A stretch of DNA of 64,000 bases from Octopus vulgaris. Lineage: Eukaryota. The notes below the pieces were generated by a model, which was not told the DNA's origin, searched no databases, and was given only the letters and a program-made list of their open reading frames with translations. Made by a program: the position numbers and the translations under genes. The stretch is from positions 136,152,001-136,216,000 of the forward strand of contig OX597817.1 of assembly GCA_951406725.2 (NCBI GenBank), in the 5' to 3' direction. This document shows, piece by piece, positions 52,530 to 64,000 of the stretch; the stretch's first letter is position 1, and every line of letters begins with the position of its first letter.

Positions 52530-54060
52530 ACACTGGCTTTTGTTGACTTGGAGAAAGCCTTTGACAGGGTCTCCTGATCCCTTATCTGGTGGGCGATGTG
52601 GGAATTGAAGATTGACGAGTGGTTAATAAGAGCTGTACAGGCCCTGTAGAGGGATGCTGTTAGTAAGGTATGGGTCAGCAATGAGTATAGTGAAGAATTC
52701 CGGGTAGAAGTAGGGGTTCAACATGGATCAGCCCTCAGCCCCCTTTCATTCATCGTAGTCCTCCAGGCAATAACAGAGGAATTCAAGACGGGCTGCCCCT
52801 GGGAGCTCCTCTATGCTGATGACCTTTCTCTCATAGCTGAATCACTACCAGAGCTACAGAAGAAATTTCAGGTGTGGAAGAAAGGTTTAAAACTGAAGGG
52901 CAATAGAGTCAATGTTGCAAAAACCAAAGTCCTAGTAAGTAAGAAGGTGAACACATCACAATCCCCTTCAGGTAGATGGCCTTGCTCAATCCATAGAAAA
53001 GGTGTAGAAACTCCATAAGATGTAACCAGTGTAAGCTACGGACACATGGGAGGTGCAGCATCATCAAAGGAAAGTTAACCAGGAAGATAACTTTTGTGTG
53101 CGGCAGATGCACAGGGGCAATAAACACCACAGATGCTCAGTAAACTGATTCCATCACATGGCAGGGGGAGAAACTAGTAGTTGATAGCTTCCATTACCTA
53201 GGTGACCAAGTTTGTAGTGGTGGCTGATGCTCAGAAAGCATTGCCATTAGAATAAGAATAGCCCAGGCAAAGCTCAAAAAGCTACTACCTCTACTGGTGA
53301 TAAAGGGCTTCTCGCTCAGAGTGAAAGGTAGATTGTATGATGCATGTGTACGAACTGCTATGCTACATGGCAGTGAAACATGGGCCGTGACTGCTGAAGA
53401 CCGCTCGAAAGAAATGAAGCTAGTATAATCCACTGGATGTTTAATGTCAGTGTGCACACATGACAGAGTGTAAGCGCCCTGAGAGAAATGTTAGACATAA
53501 GAAGCATCAGATGTGGTGTGCAAGAGAGACAGCATCACTGGTATGGTCATGTGCTGCACATGGATGAGGAGACGTGTGTGAAGAAGTGTCATTCCCTAAC
53601 AGTGGAAGGAACCGGTGGAAGAGGGAGACCCAGGAAGACATGGGATGAAGTATTGAAGCATGACCTTTGAATGTTGGGTCTCACAGAGGCAATGATGAAA
53701 GACCAAGACCACTGGAGATATGCTGTGATTGAGAAGACCCAGCAAGTAAAGTGAGAGATCACAACTGTAGCCTACACCAGAGTCGCATAACCAGCCCATT
53801 TAAAAAGAGAGGCAACTGCACTGGTATGGTCATGTGATGTGTATGGATGAGGACAGCTACGTAAAGAAGTGTTGATCTCTAATTGTGGAGGGAACCTGTG
53901 GAAGAGGTAGACCCAGGAAGACATAGGACGAGGTGGTGAAGCATGATCTTCGAATGTGGGGTCTCACGGAGGTGATGACAAGCGATTGTGACCTTTGGTG
54001 ATTTGCTGTGCTTCAGAAGACTCGTCAAGCCAAGTGAAATCGTAGTTGTGGCTGATGCTG
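52530..54060 (+). pseudogene. RTE-type LINE RT remnant with duplicated 3' end
   Basis: AFVDLEKAFDRV, GSALSP, ELLYADDL, YLGD, LHGSETW and WYGHV...GRGRPRKTW. The 3' segment is repeated at about 53810-54040. Confidence 0.92.
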
Positions 54061-54912
54061 GCGACATGTAAAAGCACCTGATAGGCAGGATGAGGTGATT
54101 GTAGCAAATGATGGAGAGCAAAATAGAAGAGGGATAGGGACAGGGGTTGCAGTGGATGTGTGAAGTCATAGAGGGTGATTACAAGTAAGTGAAAGAGTTG
54201 ATAATGGAGAGCGAAGGGAGAGGACACATAGAAAGGTAATTGAAGAAGGTAATTGAGAAAGGCAGTGGGGTATACTGGGTGCTTATTCTACTGTCAGGTG
54301 ATAGATGGGTGTTAGGGGATGAAAAGTGTGTGTAGGCTGACAGGGAGCATTACCAAGGTGGTTTTAAAATACTAATTCTGTTGTGTTGGGCAGGTCTTCT
54401 TGTGCACCGCAAGGTGCCATACATTTTGGTCCTTTTTCATCTCCTTTGTAAGGCTTCCTGTTTCTATTGTACCTGTCTGTATTTCAAAGGGGCCAGCTTT
54501 GTCACACTGAATCTCCCCGAGAACTGTGTTATGGGTACACATGTCTGTGGAGTACTCAGCCACTTGTACGTTAATTTCAAGAGCAAGCTGTTCCGTTGAT
54601 CGGATCAACTGGAATCCTTGTCGTCCTAACCAACAGAGTTCTGTGACATATATATATGTGTCTGTATGTGCTTATATGTATGTGTATATGTATGGGTGTA
54701 TATGCATGCTTATATGTATGAGTGGAAGATACGTTTCATGTGTGTACGTAAGTACATTGATTCAACTGTATGCCAGTAAGTTTGTGATATTAACACTCTG
54801 GGAAGTTTTTATATAAAATGCTGGGTGGATAAAGAAGTGTATGCACACACACACACACACATATATTTATATACACATACACCCCATGCATGCATATTTA
54901 TATATATAAATA

Positions 54913-54943
<31 letters not shown>

Positions 54944-56659
54944 ATGTATGTAGCTACATATAGTTGTGTGTGTGTGTTTGGTAGTGATGCATATACATTG
55001 GTGAGTATTTATAGGATGGAGTTTATGTGTGTGTTTGTGTTTTTGTAATGTAAGTGGATGAGAGCTGTGTGTGTGTACGTTTGTGTATAAATGTGGATTT
55101 GTACTCCTATACCCTAAAAAAAAAAGATCTGTTATGTTGACCCTGTGTCAATTTATCTCTTAATGACTCATCATAACCAGTGCAACACCCATAACTTGCA
55201 GCGTCCTCTGTGGGGACAGCAGGGGGTAGGAGTGGAGTGCAACAGAGAGAGGGGGGCAGGGGAAGCATTTGGTCTTGCTGAATTCACACTATCTCTCACA
55301 CACACATACACACACACACACACACACGTTATACACACATATAAATATAGAATATCTAACTATCTCTCTATATACATACAGACATACACACACACACACA
55401 CATATATATATGTAGAACATACATATACACACACACATGTATATACATGCCCACATTACCCACCTCCATCCCATCAACAGCCATCCCCCCACAGTTGTTT
55501 CCGCAACAGCAGCAGCAATGGCAGCAGCAGGCTCTGCTCTTTGCATTCTTCACTTGTTTGTTTAGTTAGTTTTGTATTTACCCCACCCTGAATGTAAATA
55601 AACACATAAAAAGGTACACAGTAAATGTAGGATGATTTCAGGGGTGGATGGTGGGAAGGGAGAGAGGGTTAATAATAATGATGCTGATGAGTGACAAGAG
55701 AGAGAGAGGGGGAGAGGAAGAGGGAGAGGAAAGAGGGATATACTAATGCTGATAGTAATGTTGTTAGTAATGATGATGATGATGATGAAAGAAGGCAGAT
55801 TATTCTGTGATGGTGGTGGTGATCGTTGTGATGGTGATGGTGGTAATAATAGCAAGGACGATAATGATGATTAGGTATTGCCAACAATAAAATGGTAGGG
55901 TGAGTGAAGTTTCCGGAACTGGTTTATAAAGCAAAAAAGAAAAAAAAACCCTCAAGAACATGTGCTGTTGTGATGTTCATTCATTTCCAAAAAGATTTTC
56001 ATCTGAAGTAAACTGTTAAATCTATTAACCATAGACATCATCTCAAAGACCCAGTATTTACTGTGGTAGCCAAATAATTAGCAATAATTATGTTGGTAGA
56101 TGATGGCAATGTCCATGATGGTGATGACAAATGTTTAATTTGTGAGTGGACATCATGAAGGAAGCCTTTACTTAAAGATATTTCAGCCATGACCATCCTG
56201 TCTTTCATTCAGATATAGGCTATCTCGGTCTACATTATATGATGTATCATTCCTTCTTACAAGAGGGCAGGATGTGGTTTCATTGAGATTTGGTTGCTAT
56301 TTCTAGCAGGTGAGGTGACCATACAGATGCTTCTCATGGTCATAGATGGCACTTCTAGTACTGGTGATGAAGATGCTGAGTATATTTGTAAGATGTAGAG
56401 AAATAATGTAATAGAATTAAATTAACAAAATACAAAAAAAAAAAAACTGGGAGAATGGCAGAAGAAGCAGAGAAACCAGAAGAGGAATAAATTGTGCTTC
56501 TAAGAATATTGGTAATGTCACAGAGGTACTCTGGACGCCTGAGGAATATTTGTAATGTGATGGTGTCCAAATGAAAGGAGTTTGTAACTTTTCAGTGCTT
56601 TAAAAGGGAGATAACTGTACTGGATGTTTCATACACAGGTCAGTGAAATTAGGCAAGTG

Positions 56660-56992
56660 GGTAACCTTTAACCTTTGTACATCAATGAGGTCCAGAATGT
56701 CAGAGACTTTTAACCTTTGTAGGTCAATGAGGTGAAGAATGTCAGTGAGGTGAGGAATGTCAGTGACCTTTAACCTTTGTAGATCAGTGAAGAATGTCAG
56801 TGACCTTTAACCTTTGTAGGTCAATGAGGTGAGGAATGTTAGTGACCTTTAACCTTTGTAGATCAGTGAAGAATGTCAGTGACCTTTAACCTTTGTAGGT
56901 CAGTGAAGAATGTCAGTGACCTTTAACCTTTGTAGGTCAGTGAGGTGAGGAATGTCAGTGACCTTTAACCTTTGTAGAGGTCAGTGGCCTTT
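56660..56992. repeat. 37/42-bp minisatellite
   Basis: TGACCTTTAACCTTTGTAG at 56764, 56801, 56843, 56880, 56917 and 56959, plus two degenerate upstream copies. Confidence 0.9.
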
Positions 56993-57951
56993 GTAATTGC
57001 TCTTAGACTGTTGTCATATGATGTATGTATCATGTTGGCAGGGAAGCAATTTTGGAGGGGTTTAGAGAAAGGATTGGCATGAACTAAGAAACAGTAATGA
57101 TAATCATAGCATGAAGGAGACAGGTACATGGGGTGGCCATGGTTGGAAGTGATATACAATTAGTTGGTCCACTATTTTGTTTTGCTGTGGGCGGGATGGA
57201 GATGACCAAAGAAAAATATGAGTTTAGAGAGAAAATCCTTAAAAAGGGACAAGCAAAGGGCAGCACTGTCATGTTAGTGATCTGCATTTTATAAAGACCT
57301 GATTTGCATTATGAAGTATTGTCATTAATTTCGGCTTCGTTTACCTTGGCAAACAACAACATCTACTTCTACAACGACAATGACTGCAGCAACCAGACAG
57401 AGACATTATGAATAAATTGTCCTCCATTGATGGCAACAATAACAAGATCATCATCATCATCATCGTTAGCAGCAATATCAACAACAAAAACAATATCCGG
57501 ATTAACAACAACAACAACATTTAGAGAAAAGGGTGCTTAATCTGCAAGAAAAACAACTGCATCCAAGCATTTTGTATATTTTGAATTCTCTCAGCTATGC
57601 CCCACCCACCTCTCCGCCACCACCACCACCACCACCAACAACAACAACATCAATGCTATTTGACAAGCAGCCCTTTGAAACGGTTTATACAATCCCCGCC
57701 TGTCCCTATGTTTTTAACCCTCAACATCCTCTCCCCAAGGGAAACTGAAGCTGTTTTAGTTGGAGAGGAAACTCTTGTTGTTGTTGTTGTTTGTTGTACT
57801 TGATGTCATCGTGTGTGCACTCTTTTTAGCGGTGAGAGAGCTGGGAGTGGGGAGTTGGGGAGGGGGAGGGAGGGGGGTCCCCACGCTGCCATAATTTGGG
57901 GTTTTATTCTTCATTACAACTGTTAATAATGTCATTATTATTATTATTACT

Positions 57952-58505
57952 GAGGTGGTGAGCTGGCAGAATTGTTAGCATGCCACACAAAATGCTTAGC
58001 GGTATTTTGTCTGCCGTTACGTTCTGAGTTCAAATTCCGCCGAGGTCGACTTTGCCTTTCATCCTTTCGGGATTAAGTACCAGTTATGCACTAGGATTGA
58101 TATAATCGACTTAATCTTTCTGTCTGTCCTTGTTTGTTCTCTCAGTGTTTAGCCCCTTGTGGGTAGTAAAGAAATAGGTATTTTGTCTGGCTTTGTATTT
58201 CTGTGTTCAAATTCTATCGAGGTTGACACTGTCTTTTATCCTTTAGGGGTCAACGAAATAAGTCCCAGTGAAGCACAGAATTGCTGGCCTTGTGCCTATA
58301 CTAGAAAGGATTATTATTATTATAATTATTATTATTGAAGGCAGCAAGAAGGGAGAACTGTTAAACCCCAGGCAAAATGCTTAGCAGAATTTCATCTGTC
58401 TTTATATTCTGAGTTCAAATTCTGCTGAGATCAACAGTGTCTTTAATCCTTTCAGGATCGATAAAATATATACCAGTTGTGCGCTGGGGTTGATGTGATT
58501 GACTG
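57952..58505 (+). mobile_element. Family B SINE cluster
   Basis: Matches the 8695-9092 copy. Confidence 0.75.
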
Positions 58506-58509
58506 GAGA

Positions 58510-58924
58510 TATTTGTGAAGTGTTGTATTACAACACCTCACAAAAATCTCCTTCGAGTAAAACCACCAATAGAAGAGAATATGACCAAAGACTGCGTGTA
58601 CTCCATCCTATGCAGCTGTGGTAGGTTATATAAAGGCGAAACATGCCGCCCCTCAAAATAAGGGTAGATGTACATCGCAATGCTGTGACACGAGGAGATA
58701 TTGATAAATTGGGTATAGCTGATCATGTATGGAAAAATGGAGACCGCTTCCCCCTGTGGGATGAAGTTAGAATAATAGACAGAGAACACCACTGGAAAAT
58801 ACGAAAACTAAAAGAAGCAGCACATATGCTAGGACACAACAACCTCCTAAGCAGACCGAGTGCAGATATGAGCAGCATATGGGAACCGGTGTTAAGGAAG
58901 GATAGGAAAATATTAGATTTATAA
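58510..58924 (+). pseudogene. Penelope-like element GIY-YIG remnant
   Basis: CVYSILCSCGRLYKGETCRP, then (frameshift) LKIRVDVH...GIADHVW...RKLKEAAH. Confidence 0.85.
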
Positions 58925-59085
58925 GCCCTAAAAATTCACTCCATAATTGCTCGCGGGCATATGGCGTAGTGGTTAAGAGAGCAGGCTACTAACCCCAAGA
59001 TTCCAAGTTCGATTCCAACAATAATAATAATAATAACATTGAAAAATACCATAGGAATGAAAACCCAGGTTCGAAATTTCCCCAT

Positions 59086-59131
59086 GACACCTGATGAAGG
59101 CTGGAGGGTATATCAGCTGAAAAGTTGTGTT
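59086..59131 (+). ncRNA. Minimal type I hammerhead ribozyme in PLE terminal repeat
   Basis: GACAC-CUGAUGA-aGGCUGgaggguauauCAGCU-GAAA-AG-UU-GUGUU. Same family as 47753-47798; helix III is mutated. Confidence 0.65.
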
Positions 59132-61359
59132 AACAACCAACTAGATGAGGACAAATATTCGTTGAATGTAAATAATGCATTAAATGATGATGATGATGAT
59201 AAGAAAGATGATGACAATGATGATGATTGTGATGATGATGATGACAATGATGATGAATACTACATCTAAATGTGAAGATTTCTCAGAGAAATATAAATCT
59301 GTAGCAAATAATGACGATATCTACTTCATATCACTATGATGTGTGTATGTCTATGTATATGTAATATAAGCGTGTGTGTGTGTGTGTGTAATATTCAGAC
59401 AAAATTACTCAGCTATTATTCCTATAGTTTTGCACACATACTCTAATAATCTCGATGAAGAGTTAAACGACTTCATTTTAGTTTATGTCGACCATTAAAA
59501 AGAAAGTTTATTAAAAATAAACTCAAGGTTTCCTTGAATATGTTTCTTGTCGTTTTGTTTTTTGTTTTCCTTTTTTTTTTTTTAAACAATAACAAAATAT
59601 TTCTGGTTCTTTTATTCCAAACACGACGACACCGATAACTGGATAAGTTATAAAAATGAACGACTATTTACGAGACAGCATGAAATGAAATTACTTCAAA
59701 TACAACAGAATAAAATATTTACTAATTTCTCATAAATAATTGCTGATTACACAACTAATATTGCTATTATTGTTGTTGTTATTATTATTATTATTATTAT
59801 CATCATTATTATTAACTTTGAAGTTAGAACATACTGTTATAGATTATCGTTATTGTTGGTTAAAATAAATAACATGTAGATTGCTTTCATGACATTCACC
59901 ACTGAAGATAACAAGAATATCGATAATGCTGTTGTTAATGATAATGTTGATTATACTAATATCATTGATAATGTTGACAATGTACAATTGTTAATGACAG
60001 TATTGATAATACTGTAGTTTAGTGGCTCTGAACCACTTCATAGTGGTTCCCAACCCTTTTTATTCAAATGAGTTTCCCCCTGGACCCCTTTTAATAAGCC
60101 TATTCTTATGTGTGCGTGAGTGTGTGTGCGTATATATCATCATCATCACCATCGTTTAACATCCACTTTCCATGCCAGCATGGGTTGGACGATTTTGACT
60201 GAGGGCTGGCGAACCAGATGGCTGCACCAGGCTCCAATCTTGATCTGGCAGAGTTTCTACAGCTCTTCCTAATGCCAACCACTCCGAGAGTGTAATGGGT
60301 GCTTTTTACGTGCCACTGGCACGGGGGCCAGTCAGCCGGTACTGGCAATGACCTCGCTCGAATCTTTTTACACATGCCACCAGCACAGGTGCCAGTAAGG
60401 TGACGTAGGTAACGATCATGCTCGAATGGTGCCTTTTTATGTTCCACCGGCACAGAAGCCAGTTAGCTGCTCTGGCAACGATCACGCTCGAATGGTGCTC
60501 TTGTCACCCTACTAGCACAGGCACAGAAGCTGGTAAGCCGCTCTGTCAACGATCACACTCGTATGGTGCTCTTTGCACCCTGTTAGCACTGATGCCAGTC
60601 ATCTAATTTGATTTTGATTTTGATTTCACTTGCCTCAACAGGTCTTTGCAAGCAGAGTTTAGTGTCCAAAGAAGGAAAGCCAGAATCAGTGTCATTTCTT
60701 TACAATTCTCCACAAAAGAATGTTCAACTGTTTTGTTGCCCACAGGATAAGGGGAGATATGAGCTTATCCGAAAACAAGGGAATATCAGAAAGAGAAGAA
60801 GACCTGGTTAAGAAAACCATTTCAACAAGTTTTGACTTATCCCTACCTGTATGGAAAATCATCATCATCACCATTTAGCATCCACTTTTCTATGCTTGCA
60901 TGGGTTGGACTGAGTTTATTTGAGGAAGATTTTTGTACAGCTGGATGTCTTTCATGATGCCAATTCTTACTTGTTTCCAAAGAAGGTAATAATTTCCCAT
61001 GGCCAGACATGTTTTGGCAGAATATTGAAAATGAATTGCACTGCTTGTATGACAGTGACAATCATTTACGACTATTATGCAATGTCCAGACAAGGAGACA
61101 CACACATACACACACACATATACCCACAAATGCACACATACATATATATATAGACGCACACACACACACATATATTTCATCATCATCATAATCATTGTTT
61201 AATGTCCGCCTTCCATGCTGGCATGGGTTGGATGGTTTGACAGGAGCTGGCTAGGCAGAAGATGGCACCAGACTTCTGTGTCTGTTTCAGCATGACTTTT
61301 ACAGCTGAATTCCCTTCCTAACACCAACCACCCTCTATACATATATAGATACTCTTTAG

Positions 61360-62070
61360 GGAACTTTTATATGATGACGATTGAGCTCTAGTCAGTCATT
61401 CTGAAACAGGTCTGCAATCTCTTGTATCTGCATTTGACTCAGCTTGTGATAATTTTGGCTTGACCATCAACTTGGATTTAAAAAAAAACAGTTGGTGCTG
61501 TTTGCAACCCAACTAAAATTTTTGTTAAGGGTAAATTACTTGAGGTTGTTGATTCTACTTTGGAAGCTCTGTACAAAATGATGGAAATTTGGACATAGAA
61601 ATATATCTGCGAATTCAAAGGGCAATACAAGCATTTGGTGGTTTGGAGTCACACATTTGACACCAACGACATATAAGTAACAATACAAAATTGGCTCTTT
61701 ACAAATCATTTGTCTTACCATCCCTGTTATATTCTTCTGGAACATGGACACATTATGAAAGACATTTTAAATTGTTAGAACAATTCCACCAAAAATGCCT
61801 TCATCACATTTTAAACATTAAATGGCGTTCTTTTACTCCAAAACACAGATATCCTTGCATCTGCAGGCATCACCTCAATTAAAGCTATGATTTTGAAAAA
61901 CCAAATGAGATGGTGTGGTCATATTGTTCGAGTGGCAGATGAACACAAACCCAAACAGCTGTTTTATGGTGAGCTTGCAGAGGGGAAACACTATCGGCAT
62001 CAGATGCCATGATAATTCTAAGGTATAGGTACAGGAGGTGGTCAAACTCTGCATAAGGAGTAGACAACCA
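61360..62070 (+). pseudogene. RTE (BovB-like) LINE RT C-terminal remnant
   Basis: ELLYDDD, FDSACDNFGLTIN, LYKSFVLPSLLYSSGTW...LEQFHQKCL, RWCGHIVRV and KQLFYGEL. Confidence 0.8.
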
Positions 62071-62113
<43 letters not shown>

Positions 62114-62329
62114 TACAGATTGAGGTTCTTTCAGTTTCTGCCTACAAAATTCACACATTAGGCTTTGGTCAGCCTGGGGCTATAGTAGAAGACTTTTGCC
62201 CAAGGTGCTACACAATAGGACTGAACCTAGAAACATGTGGCTGGGAAGTAAACTTCTTACCACACAGCCAGTGGATATTAAAACAATGATGATGATGATG
62301 ATGACGATATATATATATATATTTGTTTA

Positions 62330-62685
62330 TTTGTTTCAGTCATTTGACTGCGGCCATGCTGGAGCACTGCCTTTAGTCGAGCAAACTGACCCCTGGACTT
62401 ATTCTTTGTAAGCCTAGTATTATTGGTCTCTTTTGCTGAACCGCTAAGTTACAGGGACGTAAACACACCAGCATCAGTTGTCAAGCGATGGTGGGTGGCG
62501 GGGGACAAACATATACATATATATATGACGGGCTTCTTTCAGTTTCCATCTACCAAACCCACTCATAAAAGGCTTTGGTTGGCCTGAGGCTATAGCAGAA
62601 GATACTTGCCCAAGGTGCCACGCAGACGGACTGAACCCGGAACCATGTAGTTGGTAAGCAAGCTACTTACCACACAGCCACTCAT
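62330..62685 (-). mobile_element. tRNA-derived SINE, family A
   Basis: Well-preserved copy matching 3130-3510. Confidence 0.8.
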
Positions 62686-64000
62686 ATACACACACACACA
62701 CACAAGATCATTGTCATTGTTTCCATTCTTCCGTGAAAACATGTTCAACCTTTGAGCGATGGGGAAATATTACCATACTTGGAGATAGGTGGAGACTGGC
62801 ATCATGAAAAACATCATCTGGCTGTAGAAAACCTACCTCAAAGCATTTTGCGTGACCCATGCCAGCATGATGACATTATGATGGTGATGACAATGATGGT
62901 GATGACACGAAGCCAGGATGCAACTGTAAGTCTGCTGCATCCCCAAGTGACTGAGATCCTTCTTTTGTGTGAGGAACGTCCCAGACGGCTTGAGGGTAAT
63001 GCTTCTTATTGTTAGTTCAACTACATTAAAACAACAAATGTAAGAGTGGTGAGTTTGCACACTGCCGTACGCCCACACATGAAAACACACCCACACACCA
63101 AACACACAAGTAAATACAAATAAACACACATCAGATCTGAATGTGTTTACAAAGGGAAACGCGTTATTAGGTCATTTTTTTTTCCTTAGCAACAAATTGA
63201 TTTGTGTTGGAATATTGCAAAACACAAAAGATGGCAACTGTTGTTTAAGCAATATTTCTAACATTTATTGTGTTTAGAAATGGTGAGGATATCAGAGAAA
63301 GAAGTGGTGAGGATTGGTGGACTTCAGAGGCCGGCTTAATGAAATGCGTACTAATTAAAATACATGCTCATATGTACACACACACACACACATGTGTATA
63401 TAAATATATACATACATATGTATTTGTATGTATGCATGCATATATATATATTTGTATGTGTATAATACAGTTCACATGATTTGCAAAGAATCATTGTGTT
63501 ACCAAAATTTTCCCTTTGACAGTGAAAATCACCATCACAGCACATGATAATAAAAAAACATGTGTCTCTCTCTAGTTTAAATTAAACATCACTATTCAAT
63601 GGTAAAACTAATTGAGGAAAGAATATTAATTAAACCCTCAACTGATTATGAAATATTGGTGTAAAGATGAAGTTATAGAATTCCAGAGCAGAACATTTTT
63701 AGTGTATTTCTATTAATGTTTGTTTTTAAACAATATTTAGCTTCTTGTTCTGTGTTTAACATGTATTGCATAGTTATGTATGCGTGTATTATTTGCTCAA
63801 TTAACAAAGTAGTGTCGCATCACTCTGTAACATACATTTATAACATACTTCTGCAATATACATCTGTAAAATACCTGAGCAAAAGTTGTTAGTTGCATCT
63901 GTGAAGTTTTGCACCTGACAGAGACAAAAAGGGGTTACTTGTGGCTTTGATTGTTTAATATCTATGTTCTGCATTTGAAATGAAGTGGGGTGATAGTCAG

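Noticed and set aside
58955-59017. Functional tRNA gene
   Set aside because: A and B boxes are present but the acceptor stem is incomplete, and the segment is part of a repeat module.

Overview
This is eukaryotic, AT-rich, repeat-saturated DNA with no recognisable host protein-coding exon. The SINE families, RTE LINEs and huge (TA)n/(CA)n/(GAT)n tracts suggest an octopus-type cephalopod genome (inference). Most ORFs in the track are microsatellite artefacts. Transposon content: tRNA-derived SINEs, RTE and Tx1-like LINE remnants, two mariner pseudogenes, a compact LTR element nested in one mariner, MITEs, and several Penelope-like (PLE) remnants. The standout is a near-perfect 360-bp tandem array (28074-30190). 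Each unit carries a minus-strand type I hammerhead ribozyme with a variant core (CCGAUGA...GAAA), a palindromic helix III and a GUC cleavage site, inside a long rod-like fold. This is a candidate non-LTR retrozyme (circRNA-producing retroelement). About ten further PLE-type hammerheads, intact or decayed, lie across the window. They include a perfect 130-bp palindrome made of two back-to-back ribozymes and a TSD-flanked element with a tRNA-like head plus a hammerhead. Boundaries of old repeats are approximate; all folds were read by eye.
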